Of a stretch of DNA of 64,000 nucleotides, positions 19,496 through 29,245 are shown piece after piece. Made by a program: the position numbers and the translations under genes. The first letter of the stretch is position 1; the number at the start of each line of letters is the position of its first letter. The stretch spans positions 39,354 to 103,353 of the forward strand of contig VGLJ01000008.1 in NCBI GenBank assembly GCA_016866775.1, given 5' to 3'. This DNA is from Candidatus Rokuibacteriota bacterium. GTDB lineage: Bacteria > Methylomirabilota > Methylomirabilia > Rokubacteriales > CSP1-6. The notes below the pieces were generated by a model. The model was not told the DNA's origin and did no database searches. It saw only the letters and a list, made by a program, of their open reading frames with translations.

Positions 19496-21400
19496 TCAGA
19501 ACTCCACCTGCATCCCGAGCTCGACGACGCGCGTCGGCGGGATGCCGAAGAACTGCGTGGCGGGGCGGGCGTTGCGCGCGAGGAACGCGTAGAGCAGCTT
19601 GCGCCACCTCATCATCGACGTCCGTCCCGTCGGCAGGAGCGTCGGGCGGCCGAGGTAGTACGTGACGTCGTCGTCGTCGATGTTCTCGAATGTCTCGCGG
19701 CAGCACCGTGAGACGACGGTGGCGACGTTCGGCGTCTCCATGAATCCGTAGCGCGCCACCACTCTGAAGAAGCCGTTCGGCAACGGCTCGACGCTCAGAC
19801 GCTCGTTCTCCGGCACGATCGACAGGAAGATGATGCGCTCGTGCAGCACCTTGTTGTGGCGGAGGTGATGGACGAGCACTTCGGGCGTGCCGCCGGTGTG
19901 CGCGGTGAGGAACACCGCGGTGCCGGGCACGCGGTGCGGCCGGCGCTCCTCCACCTCGGCGAAGAACCGCTCGACCGGGAGCGAGCGGCCCGTCAGCACG
20001 CGCGTGAGGTTGCGCGTGCCGCGCCGCCACGTCGTCATCAGCAGGAAGACGCCTGCGGCGATGACGATCGGCACCCAGCCGCCGTGGAGGATCTTCAGCA
20101 GGTTCGCCGCGAAGAACGCGAGCTCGACCGTGAGGAAGACCGCGGTCAGGGCGCCGGCACGCAGCCGCGACCAGCGCCAGCGCGTGCGCGCGACCACGTA
20201 GAACAGCAGGCTCGTGACGGCCATCGTGCCGGTCACGGCGATGCCGTAGGCGGCGCCCAGCGCGCTCGAGGAGCGGAACATGATCACGAGGAGCAGGCAG
20301 CCCACGGCGAGGGCGGCGTTGACCTCCGGGATGTAGATCTGTCCGTACTCCGAGCGCGAGGTGTGGACGATGGTCAGCCGCGGCGAGTAGCCGAGCTGGA
20401 TCGACTGCTGCGCCAGCGAGAACGCGCCGGAGATCAGCGCCTGCGAGGCGACGATCGCGGCGAGCGTTGCGATCGCGAGGAGGGGATAGAGGAACCAGCG
20501 CGGCGCGAGCATATAGAACGGGTTCTGCACGGCCTCTGGAATCCGCAGCACGAGCGCGCCCTGCCCGAAGTAGTTCAGGAGCAGCGCCGGGAGCACGATC
20601 GCGAACCACACCAGCCGGATCGGGCGACGCCCGAAGTGGCCCATGTCCGCGTAGAGCGCCTCGGCGCCCGTCACCGCGAGCACGACCGCGCCGAGCACCG
20701 TGAAGGCCGCGGCGCCGTGCGAGAGCGCGAAGCGCGCGGCCGACGTCGGGCTGAGTGCCAGGAGCACGCCGGGCGTGCGCGCGACCTCGGCGGCGCCGAG
20801 GATGGCGATCGTGACGAAGTACACCAGGATGACCGGCCCGAAGATGACGCCGATGCCGGCCGTGCCGCGCCGCTGCGCGAGGAAGAGCGCGAGGAGGATC
20901 AGCGCCGAGACCGGTACGACGTAGTCCGCGAAGGCGGGTGCCACGACTTCGAGACCTTCCATGGCGCCGAGCACCGAGATGGCGGGCGTGATGATGCCGT
21001 CGCCGAAGAGCAGCGCCGCGCCGAAGAGCCCGAGCATGACGAGCGCGGTGCGGTCGCGCGGCAGGAGCGCGAGCAGCGCCAGGATGCCGCCCTCGCCGCG
21101 GTTGTCCGCCCGCATCACGAGGCCGATGTACTTCACGCTCACGGTGAGCACGAGCGACCACACGATCGTCGAGAGGATGCCGAGCACGGCCTCCGGCGTC
21201 GCTGTCAGGCCGTACTCCGGATTGAACGCTTCGCGGAACGCGTACAGCGGGCTCGTGCCGATGTCGCCGTAGACGACGCCGAGCGCGGTGAGGCTGAGCG
21301 CGGCGAGCCGCTTGCCGGTGGGCACCTCGTGACGCGTCGGCCGGGGACGGGTCGGCGGAGCGCCGGGCGCGACCGCCGCCGTGCCCGGGTGCGCGCTCAT
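19496..21400 (-). CDS. kup: KUP/HAK/KT potassium transporter
   Basis: LGVVYGDIGTSPLY, ADNRGEGG, GDGIITPAISVL, TGAEALYADMGHFG, GQIYIPEVN, YGFMETP. Confidence 0.96.
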   Translation of the reverse strand: MSAHPGTAAVAPGAPPTRPRPTRHEVPTGKRLAALSLTALGVVYGDIGTSPLYAFREAFNPEYGLTATPEAVLGILSTIVWSLVLTVSVKYIGLVMRADNRGEGGILALLALLPRDRTALVMLGLFGAALLFGDGIITPAISVLGAMEGLEVVAPAFADYVVPVSALILLALFLAQRRGTAGIGVIFGPVILVYFVTIAILGAAEVARTPGVLLALSPTSAARFALSHGAAAFTVLGAVVLAVTGAEALYADMGHFGRRPIRLVWFAIVLPALLLNYFGQGALVLRIPEAVQNPFYMLAPRWFLYPLLAIATLAAIVASQALISGAFSLAQQSIQLGYSPRLTIVHTSRSEYGQIYIPEVNAALAVGCLLLVIMFRSSSALGAAYGIAVTGTMAVTSLLFYVVARTRWRWSRLRAGALTAVFLTVELAFFAANLLKILHGGWVPIVIAAGVFLLMTTWRRGTRNLTRVLTGRSLPVERFFAEVEERRPHRVPGTAVFLTAHTGGTPEVLVHHLRHNKVLHERIIFLSIVPENERLSVEPLPNGFFRVVARYGFMETPNVATVVSRCCRETFENIDDDDVTYYLGRPTLLPTGRTSMMRWRKLLYAFLARNARPATQFFGIPPTRVVELGMQVEF

Positions 21401-21429
21401 GGCCTCAGCGTACCGCGCGCGGCGAGCGA

Positions 21430-22647
21430 CTACCCGACGGGATCGGTGGGATCGGGCCCGAGCTCCTCGATGTCCTTGCCCGCGCCCTTCACCGCGCTGA
21501 CCTCGATTTCGACCAGCAACTCGGGCCGCGCGAGGCCCGTGATCCGGCAACCGGTCGCCGCGGGACGGCTGCGCGCGAAGTAGCCCGGGCCCTGGCCGTG
21601 CGGGCGATTGACGTGAGCGCTGCCGACGGTAAACGTCTCGCGGCGGACGACGTCGTCCAGCGACGATCCGAGCTGCTCCAGCGACCACTGCACGGTCTGC
21701 ATCGCGTGGTCGTACTGCGCGGCCCAATCATCGGGCGACTGGATCTCGCCGGCCGCGTCGAGATCCGTGCAGCCGCTCATGTAGATCCGGTCGCCGACCT
21801 GGACCGCGCGCGCGTAGCCGCGCGGCTTCTCGCGCTCGCGCTGCGTGTAGAGATCGCGCCGCGTCTTCGACGCGCCGATGACCGCCTCCGCTTCGATCTC
21901 CACGAGCATGTCGGGACGGAGCAGCGCCGGGATGCCGAGCGTGGTCGAGGTGGGGCGCACGTCCTTCACCGCCTCGAGCCACGCGCGCGTGTAGCCCGCC
22001 ATCTGCGAGAGGTCGGTGAAGAAGCTCTTCGTGTAGACGAGGTCGGCCGGCGTGCCGCCCGCCTCCTCCAGCGCCGCGAAGATCGTGTCCATCGTCGCCC
22101 GCGTCTGGCGATAGAGGTCGCCCGGGCTCTCGACGCCGCCGCGCGCGTTCATGGCGGTGGTGCCGGAGATGAACACGCGGTCGCCGACGCGGAGCGCGCG
22201 TGAGTACGCGTACTGCTCTTCCGTCACGCGACCGGAGCTGACGCGGCGCCCATTCTTGCCCGCGCCGTCGACCGCGTCGAGCTCGATCTCGATGAGCTGC
22301 GTCGGCTGCGCGAGGCCGACGACCTGGACCAGCGTGGCCGCCGGCCGCGCGTCACGGAAGCGCCGGGCGACGGCGCGCGCGGCCTCGTCGGCGACCGACA
22401 CGTCCGTCACGTACATCCGGTTCCGCACGACGTCGTCGAACGTCGCGCCGGCCTTCGCGAGGCTCCACTCGGCGATCGCCATGATGGCGTCGACCTGCGT
22501 GACGACGTCGCCCACGCCCACGACGCTCTGCTGCCGGTCGATCGCGGTCGTGCCGGCCTGGAGGACGGTGTCGCCGACGCGCACGGCGCGTGAGTAGTGC
22601 GCGGTCCGCTCGAGCGCGCGGCCGGAAGAGACGTTGATGCGGCGCAT
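21430..22647 (-). CDS. Rid (YjgF/YER057c/UK114) family protein with three tandem domains
   Basis: Three repeats of YSRA.RVGD..SG(T/C)T ... RP..T ... L.EIE. Confidence 0.85.
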   Translation of the reverse strand: MRRINVSSGRALERTAHYSRAVRVGDTVLQAGTTAIDRQQSVVGVGDVVTQVDAIMAIAEWSLAKAGATFDDVVRNRMYVTDVSVADEAARAVARRFRDARPAATLVQVVGLAQPTQLIEIELDAVDGAGKNGRRVSSGRVTEEQYAYSRALRVGDRVFISGTTAMNARGGVESPGDLYRQTRATMDTIFAALEEAGGTPADLVYTKSFFTDLSQMAGYTRAWLEAVKDVRPTSTTLGIPALLRPDMLVEIEAEAVIGASKTRRDLYTQREREKPRGYARAVQVGDRIYMSGCTDLDAAGEIQSPDDWAAQYDHAMQTVQWSLEQLGSSLDDVVRRETFTVGSAHVNRPHGQGPGYFARSRPAATGCRITGLARPELLVEIEVSAVKGAGKDIEELGPDPTDPVG

Positions 22648-22650
22648 CGC

Positions 22651-23907
22651 TCAGCTCGTCGCGGACGCGGACGCGGCGCGCCAGACGCGGCGCTTGCCGG
22701 TGTCGACCCTGAACGCGGTGATGGCGGCGCCGAAGAGGAACAGGCACGCGAGGACGAACGCGGCGCCGTAGCCGCCGGTCGTCTCGAACATCGCGCCGGC
22801 GAGCCACGAGCCGATCGCCGAGCCCGTCTGGTGCACGAGGAAGATCACGCCGAGCACGCGGCTCACCGAGTAGCGGCCCCAGATGTCGGCGGTGAGCGCG
22901 GACGTCATCGAGCCCGTCCCCGACATCGTGATGCCGCCGAGGATGGAGACGACGATGATCGCCGCCGGGTTGTCGCGGATCAGGAAGAAGCCGGAGAAGA
23001 TCAGGATCCGCCCGGCGTAGATCGAGGCGAGCACGGGCCGCCGTCCGATGCGGTCGGAGATCAATCCGAGGATCATCGTGCCGCCGATCGCCGAGGCGCC
23101 GAGCACGCCGATCGCCCACGACGCGAACATCGGCGTGTAGCCGTGGTCGGTGAGCATCGGCACGCCGTGCGACGAGAGCAGGCTCATCGAGAACCCGCAC
23201 GTGAAGAACGAGCCCCCGAGCTGCCAGAAGGCGAGCGTCTGCATCGCTTCGGTCGCCGTCACGCGCTTCGCGGCCGCCGCCGTGGCCGCCGGCTCGGGCT
23301 GGCCGCCGTCGACGCCGAGCCCCATCGATTCGGGTGACTCACGCACGATCCACAGCGCGATCGGCAGGATGATGACGAGCACGCCGACGCCGATGAGCAT
23401 GTACGCCGACCGCCACCCGAGGTTGAGGATCAGCCACGTCACGATCGGCACGAGCAGGCTCATCCCCACCATCGACGCGCTCGCGAGCGTCGAGAGCGCG
23501 GTGCCGCGGCGCTTGCTGAACCATCGCGCGGTGACGCCGGAGGCGAGCACGGGGCCGCACAGCGCGAGCCCGAACGAGAGCAGCACGCCGTAGACGGCGA
23601 AGAACTCCCAGAAGTTCCGGACCAGTCCGGTGAGGAGGAGCGATGCCACGAGAATCAGCGCTCCCGCCGACGCGGTCAGGCGCGCGCCGAATCGGTCGAG
23701 GATGACGCCGGTCAGCGGCCCGAACAGACCGTAGAGGAACAGGCTGACCGCGATGACGATGGAGAACGTCGCGCGGTCGAGCCCGAGGTCCGCGGTGATC
23801 GGCTTCAGGAACGGCCCGACGGCGTGCCGGATGCCGGTGGAGGTGAGCGTCATGAAGGAGAAGCCGGCGACCACCCACCATCCGTAGAACACCGCTGGTT
23901 TGCGCAT
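22651..23907 (-). CDS. MFS transporter
   Basis: About 12 hydrophobic segments, DRFGAR and SDRIGRR motifs, WFSKRRG. Confidence 0.9.
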   Translation of the reverse strand: MRKPAVFYGWWVVAGFSFMTLTSTGIRHAVGPFLKPITADLGLDRATFSIVIAVSLFLYGLFGPLTGVILDRFGARLTASAGALILVASLLLTGLVRNFWEFFAVYGVLLSFGLALCGPVLASGVTARWFSKRRGTALSTLASASMVGMSLLVPIVTWLILNLGWRSAYMLIGVGVLVIILPIALWIVRESPESMGLGVDGGQPEPAATAAAAKRVTATEAMQTLAFWQLGGSFFTCGFSMSLLSSHGVPMLTDHGYTPMFASWAIGVLGASAIGGTMILGLISDRIGRRPVLASIYAGRILIFSGFFLIRDNPAAIIVVSILGGITMSGTGSMTSALTADIWGRYSVSRVLGVIFLVHQTGSAIGSWLAGAMFETTGGYGAAFVLACLFLFGAAITAFRVDTGKRRVWRAASASATS

Positions 23908-23938
23908 GTATGCCGACTATAACCGTAGAATCGGAATT

Positions 23939-24994
23939 ATGACGAGCCGCCCCGGAGAAGGTCTCGCGGTCGGCTTCGAGGGGACGCGCATTCCCGACGC
24001 CGTGGCGGCGCTCGCCGAGCGGTCAGGGCTCGGTGGCCTCGTGTTGTTCACCCGCAACTGCCCGGACGTCGAGAGCGTCCTCGCGCAGACGAAAGCCGCA
24101 CGAGCGCTCGGTCCCGACGTGCTCGTGATGGTCGACCACGAGGGCGGGCGCGTGCACCGCCTGCCCGAGCCCTTCACGCGGTTCCCGCCGGCGGCGGCGA
24201 TCGGACGCGCCGGCGACCCGCGACTCGCCGCCGCGGTCGCGCGAGCGATGGCGCGCGAGCTCCGCGCCGCCGGGTTCGACTCGGGGATCGCGCCCGTCCT
24301 CGACTGTCTCTTCGACCCCGCGAGCACGGTGATCGGCGAGCGCGCGTACGGCGCGGCGCCCGACGAGGTCGCCGCGTGCGGCGTCGCGTTCGTCGAGGCG
24401 GCGCTGGCCGAAGGCGTCATTCCCGTCGCGAAGCACTTCCCCGGGCACGGACGCACGCCGCTCGACTCACATCGCGAGCTGCCCGAGGTCGGCGCGAGCA
24501 ACGACGAGCTCACCCGTGGTGACCTCGTTCCCTTCCGCGCCGCGCTCGACGCCGGCTGTCCCGCGGTGCTCGTCGCGCACGTCCGGTATCGCGCCCTCGA
24601 TCCGACGTTGCCGGCATCGCTCTCACCCGCGATCATCGGCGGTCTGCTTCGTGAGCGCCTCGGCTTCGCGGGGCTCGTGCTCAGCGACGATCTCGAGATG
24701 GCCGCGGTCGCCGAAGGGTGGGGGATCGCCGAGGCCGCGCGACGGTTCCTGCTCGCGGGCGGCGATCTCGCGCTGATCTGTCGAGACGGCGAGGCACAGC
24801 GCGAGGCGGTCGTGTCGATCGAGAAGGCGATCGACCGCGGCGCGCTGGATCTCGCGCCGAGCGTGCGTCGTCGGCGCGCCGTCCGGCGCCTGGCCGAGGC
24901 GGCGGGACCGCGGCCGGCCGTCGCGGTGATCGGATGCGCGGAGCATCGCGCGCTCGCGGATGAGATCGGGCGGCGCTCGGCCGTGCGAGCCTGA
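23939..24994 (+). CDS. nagZ: Beta-N-acetylhexosaminidase (GH3)
   Basis: LFTRN, VDHEGGRVHRL, APVLD, KHFPGHG...DSH, SDDLEM. Confidence 0.92.
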   Translation: MTSRPGEGLAVGFEGTRIPDAVAALAERSGLGGLVLFTRNCPDVESVLAQTKAARALGPDVLVMVDHEGGRVHRLPEPFTRFPPAAAIGRAGDPRLAAAVARAMARELRAAGFDSGIAPVLDCLFDPASTVIGERAYGAAPDEVAACGVAFVEAALAEGVIPVAKHFPGHGRTPLDSHRELPEVGASNDELTRGDLVPFRAALDAGCPAVLVAHVRYRALDPTLPASLSPAIIGGLLRERLGFAGLVLSDDLEMAAVAEGWGIAEAARRFLLAGGDLALICRDGEAQREAVVSIEKAIDRGALDLAPSVRRRRAVRRLAEAAGPRPAVAVIGCAEHRALADEIGRRSAVRA

Positions 24995-24995
24995 C

Positions 24996-25895
24996 ATGAA
25001 TCGTCGCGCATTCCTGATGCGTGCGGGCGAGGCACTGCTCGGCGCGGGCACGCTCGCCGTCGCGTGGCCGGGCCGCGCGCGTTCAGGCGGCCGCGCGTCG
25101 AACGTCTTCGAGGGGCGCGACGTCTTCGATCGGCTCGTGAGGCTGGCGATGACGGAAGCGTGGAGTGACCGGCCGATCGGCGAGCGGATGGGCGCGATCG
25201 GCATGGCGCTCCGGCAGACCCCGTACGCTTCGGGCACGCTCGAGCGCTACGAGGATCGTGAAGTCTGCTCGGTCGACCTGCGCGGCCTCGACTGCGTCAC
25301 CTTCTACGAGATCGCGCTCGGCTTCGCGCGGATGCTCCGCCGCGTCGAGCGCACGCCGGAGGCCTTGCTCTCCGAGATCGCGTTCATGCGCTACCGGGGT
25401 GGCCGGCTCACCGACTACGCCTCGCGGCTCCACTACACGAGCGACTGGCTCGCCGACAACGACGCCAAGCGCGTGGTGCGCGTCGTCACGCACGAGCTCC
25501 CGGGCGCGATCCGCTTCACCAAGCGCGTCGATTTCATGAGCCGGCATCCGGGCGCCTACCTGCAGCTCAGGAACAATCCCGCGCTCGTCGAGAAGATCGC
25601 GCGCACCGAGGCGGACATCAACGCCCGCCCGACGCGCTATCTGCCGAAGGAGAAGGTGCGCGCGGCGCAGCCGCTGCTGAAGACGGGCGACATCGTGGGC
25701 GTGACCACCGCGCTGGACGGGCTCGACTGCGCGCACACGGGCCTCTGCTACCGGGACGAGCGCGGCGTGCTGCGATTCCTCCACGCGTCGACGACGCGGA
25801 AGGAAGTCGTGCTCGACCACGAGCTCGCCACCTATCTCGCGAGCGTGACGACGCACACCGGAATCATGGTGGCGCGCCCGCTCGACGTGGCCTGA
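24996..25895 (+). CDS. DUF1460 NlpC/P60-type amidase with Tat-like signal
   Basis: MNRRAFL, TPY, LDCVTF, RYRGG, SRLHY.SDW, HTG, HAS. Confidence 0.85.
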   Translation: MNRRAFLMRAGEALLGAGTLAVAWPGRARSGGRASNVFEGRDVFDRLVRLAMTEAWSDRPIGERMGAIGMALRQTPYASGTLERYEDREVCSVDLRGLDCVTFYEIALGFARMLRRVERTPEALLSEIAFMRYRGGRLTDYASRLHYTSDWLADNDAKRVVRVVTHELPGAIRFTKRVDFMSRHPGAYLQLRNNPALVEKIARTEADINARPTRYLPKEKVRAAQPLLKTGDIVGVTTALDGLDCAHTGLCYRDERGVLRFLHASTTRKEVVLDHELATYLASVTTHTGIMVARPLDVA

Positions 25896-25901
25896 GCGGC
25901 T

Positions 25902-26972
25902 CTAGGCCTTCCACACGCTCTTGCCGCCGAAGCGGCTCTGCCAGCGCGGGATCACCTCGCGGTTGTAGACGTTGTCCGGCACCTCGCCGCGGAGCGCATG
26001 GAGCACGGACTCCGTCGCCCAGCGGATACCGGGCCCGAGCCCGCTGCCCACGTTCGACGACACCATGTGCGGTGTCAGCAGGACCTTGTCGCCGAGATTG
26101 CGGAGCTGGCTGTCCTGCGACAGGGGCTCCTCCTCGAAGACGTCGAGCGCGGCGCCGGCGATCTGTCCGCGGATGAGCGCTTCGATGAGGGCGGGCTCCT
26201 GAACGCACGGACCGCGCGACGTGTTGATGAGGATCGCCGTGGGCTTCATCAGCGCGAGCTGCTTCTCGCCGATCATGTGGCGCGTCTCGCGCGTGAGCAC
26301 GACGTGCAGGCTCACCACGTCGGACTCGCGGAGGACCGTGTCGAGGTCCACGCGCTCGACGCCGTGCTCGGCGAACTTCGTCTCGGGCACGTACGGGTCG
26401 GTGGCGATGATGCGCATGTTCCACGGACGGAGCAGCGTCGCGATGCGGCTGCCGATCCTGCCGAGGCCGATCAGCCCGAGCGTGATCCCGCGGTAGCCGT
26501 CGGCACGCGCGCCGAGATACGTCCCTTGCAGCTCGGGCAATCGCCAGCCGCCGCGCTGCTTCATGTGCTGATCGCGCTCGCGCGCCTTCTTGAGCATCGT
26601 CAGCATCGCGGTGATGGTGCCTTCCGCGACGCCGCCCCAGTTCGATTCGGTCGGGCCGTGGGTCACGAGGATGCCGAGCTCCGTCGCCGCGTCGACGTCG
26701 ACGTCGTCGGTGCCGATCGTGTACTTCGCGACGATCCGGAGGTTCTTCGAGGCCTGCATGACCGTGCGGCTGATCGGCGTGTTCCGGATCGACGTCCCCA
26801 TCAGCGCGTCGCACTCCTGCGCCATGGCGACCATCTCGGGCTCGCTGTTGCCTTGCGGCGTGTCCCACGACGCCTTGCCGAGACGGAGCGCGCAGCCCGC
26901 GGCTTCGAGCGTCCTGTGCGTCTCGCCGGTCTGATCGGCGGGCGCGAAGATGAGGACCTTCGCCGCGCTCAT
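25902..26972 (-). CDS. D-isomer-specific 2-hydroxyacid dehydrogenase
   Basis: GLIGLGRIG, DPY, DVVSLH, MKPTAILINTSRG, AALDVFEEEP, TPH. Confidence 0.92.
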   Translation of the reverse strand: MSAAKVLIFAPADQTGETHRTLEAAGCALRLGKASWDTPQGNSEPEMVAMAQECDALMGTSIRNTPISRTVMQASKNLRIVAKYTIGTDDVDVDAATELGILVTHGPTESNWGGVAEGTITAMLTMLKKARERDQHMKQRGGWRLPELQGTYLGARADGYRGITLGLIGLGRIGSRIATLLRPWNMRIIATDPYVPETKFAEHGVERVDLDTVLRESDVVSLHVVLTRETRHMIGEKQLALMKPTAILINTSRGPCVQEPALIEALIRGQIAGAALDVFEEEPLSQDSQLRNLGDKVLLTPHMVSSNVGSGLGPGIRWATESVLHALRGEVPDNVYNREVIPRWQSRFGGKSVWKA

Positions 26973-28000
26973 CGGTCGAGCCCGTAGAGCCGGCGCGCGG
27001 TGCCGGCCAGGATCTGCCGCTTCGTCTCGTCGGAGATGTCCTTGCGCTCCTGCATGTGGTGGATGTTCTCGGGGAACTCGTTGTCCCAGTGCGGCCAGTC
27101 CGACGCGTAGAAGATGCCGGCCTTGCCCAGCGCCTCGACCGTCGGCCCGAGCAGCCACTCGCTCGCTTCCGCCGGATAGAACAGCCGGTCGCTCGTCAGG
27201 TACTCGCTCGGCTTCCGCGTGCAGCGCGGCGCCTCGAGCGCCCCGCGCTTTTCCCATTCCTCGTCCATGCGCCCGAGCCAGTAAGGCACCCAGGTGCAGC
27301 CCGCTTCGAGGAACGCGACCTTCAGGCGCGGGAACGCTGCGAACACGCCCTGGAACGCCATGCTCGTCATCTGGATCATCTGCGCGAACGCGTGCGACAG
27401 CGTGTGGACCTCGATGAAGCGATCGAAGAGGTCGGCGCCGAAGAACTGCGGTCCGCGCACGGTCGCGTGCACGCCGACCATCGTGCCGAGCCGCTCCGCT
27501 TCGGCGTAGATCGGCCAGAAGTCGTCGTGCCCGAGCGGCTTCCTCAGCCCGACGGCCGGCAGCATCGATCCGACGAAGCCGAGCGCGTGCGTCCGGCGCA
27601 GCTCCTCGACGGCGGCGTTCGGGTCCTGGAGCGGCAGCAGCGCGACGCCCTTCAGCCGCGGGCTCTGCATGAGCTCATGGTGGAAGAAGTCGTTGTAGGC
27701 GCGGCAGACGGCGACGGCGACGTCGGGCTCGCGCACCCAGCCGACCGAGAGTCCGGCCGTCGGATAGAGCACGGAGGTGTCGACGCCACCGCGGTCCAGC
27801 GCCTCCAGCCACGCCTTCGCGTCCGATCCGCGCTCGCCGAGCGTGCCGCGGACCGAGCGGTCCCATCCGTCGGTGGGGTAGTACGCGCGCGCGCCCTTGT
27901 TCGAGCCGAAGTCGCGGTACGCCGGATCGATGTAGCGCGCGAGCTGCTCGTTGGACTCGGTGACGTGCCCGTCCCCGTCGATGATCCCCGCCGTCGTCAT
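26969..28000 (-). CDS. Amidohydrolase_2 family protein
   Basis: IDGDGHVTE, LYPT, AYND, VHA, FLEAGCTW, YASDWPHWD. Confidence 0.88.
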   Translation of the reverse strand: MTTAGIIDGDGHVTESNEQLARYIDPAYRDFGSNKGARAYYPTDGWDRSVRGTLGERGSDAKAWLEALDRGGVDTSVLYPTAGLSVGWVREPDVAVAVCRAYNDFFHHELMQSPRLKGVALLPLQDPNAAVEELRRTHALGFVGSMLPAVGLRKPLGHDDFWPIYAEAERLGTMVGVHATVRGPQFFGADLFDRFIEVHTLSHAFAQMIQMTSMAFQGVFAAFPRLKVAFLEAGCTWVPYWLGRMDEEWEKRGALEAPRCTRKPSEYLTSDRLFYPAEASEWLLGPTVEALGKAGIFYASDWPHWDNEFPENIHHMQERKDISDETKRQILAGTARRLYGLDR

Positions 28001-28040
28001 GGCCGCCTCCTTGGGGAGACCAAGGATACTCTGGCGAGCG

Positions 28041-28925
28041 ATGCGTGCGTTCGTGGTCGTCAATCCCGCGGCGGGCGGTGGACGGACGGCGGGCCTCTGG
28101 CCTTCGCTCCGCGAGCGGTTCGAGGCGGCCGGCATCGAGATCGTCGCGCGGACGACCGGTGGGCCTGGCGACGCCATCGCGATCGCTCGCGGCGCCGTCG
28201 ACGATGGGTGGCCGCTCGTCGTGGCCGTCGGCGGTGACGGCACCGTGAACGAGGTGGTGACCGGCGTCATGGCTGCCGGCAACACGGACGCGGCAGTCGG
28301 CATCGTGGCCACGGGACGCGGGCGTGACGTGTGCCGCAACCTCGGTCTCGCCCGCGACCCGGTCGCGGCCGTCGGACGACTCGGGTCCGGCGACGACGTC
28401 CGCGTCGACGCCGGCGTGCTCACGAGAGGCGACGGCCGCACCCACTACTTCATCAACGCCGCCGGCATCGGCTTCGACGCGGCGGTCGCCGCGCGCACGG
28501 CGCAGACGCGCGGCGGGCGGCTCCCGTACCTGCGCGCGACCGTCGCGGCCCTGGCCGCACATGACCCCGTGACGCTGACGCTCGGCCTCGACGGGCGGTC
28601 GCGCACGAAGCGCGTGACCGCCGTGATGATCGCCAACGGCGCTCACATTGGCGGCGGGATGAACGTCGCTCCGGGCGCGGATCCGACGGATGGGCGCCTC
28701 GACGTCGTCGTCATCGGCGCGAAGTCGCGCGCGGGGCTACTCGCGTGGCTGCCCACGCTCTACTGGGGCGGGCACGTCCGATCGAAAGACGTGACGGTGA
28801 CTCGCGCGTCGACCGTCACCATCGACGCGACGCCGCCGGCGCCCGTGCACGTGGACGGCGAGCCACTGGGAACCACACCGGTGACGATTTCGATCCGGCC
28901 GCGCGCGTTGCGCGTGCGGCGGTAG
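28041..28925 (+). CDS. Diacylglycerol kinase family lipid kinase (YegS/BmrU-like)
   Basis: VNPAAGGG, VGGDGTVNEV, GIGFDA, GGGMNVAP, DGRLD, HVDGE. Confidence 0.9.
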   Translation: MRAFVVVNPAAGGGRTAGLWPSLRERFEAAGIEIVARTTGGPGDAIAIARGAVDDGWPLVVAVGGDGTVNEVVTGVMAAGNTDAAVGIVATGRGRDVCRNLGLARDPVAAVGRLGSGDDVRVDAGVLTRGDGRTHYFINAAGIGFDAAVAARTAQTRGGRLPYLRATVAALAAHDPVTLTLGLDGRSRTKRVTAVMIANGAHIGGGMNVAPGADPTDGRLDVVVIGAKSRAGLLAWLPTLYWGGHVRSKDVTVTRASTVTIDATPPAPVHVDGEPLGTTPVTISIRPRALRVRR

Positions 28926-29034
28926 GGCGCGTATTTCAGGGCGGCGTGAAGCCTCCGTTCGGATCGTGGCAGGTCATCGGTCAGGCCGTTCCACAGCACC
29001 TCTTGGCCTTGCGGCCGCTGCCGCACGAACACCT

Positions 29035-29217
29035 CGCATCATGACGAAGACCGCGGCCGTGCCGTACGCGAAGGACGGCACCCGCGTGAACTCCGTGCAT
29101 CCCGGCATCATGCCGCCGATGCGCACGTCGACGGCGTCCGCGGATCCGGAGTCCGACGAGGCGTCCTACATCACCGGCACCGAGCTCGTTGTCGACGGCG
29201 GCTTTCTGGCGGCGTAG
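29035..29217 (+). pseudogene. SDR oxidoreductase C-terminal remnant with internal deletion
   Basis: MTKTAAV.YAKDGTRVNSVHPG...SDEASYITGTELVVDGG. There is no Rossmann N-terminus, and the P..R.G...E.A segment is missing. Confidence 0.8.
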
Positions 29218-29245
29218 CGCGGCGGGTTCCGTATGACGGGCGGTC

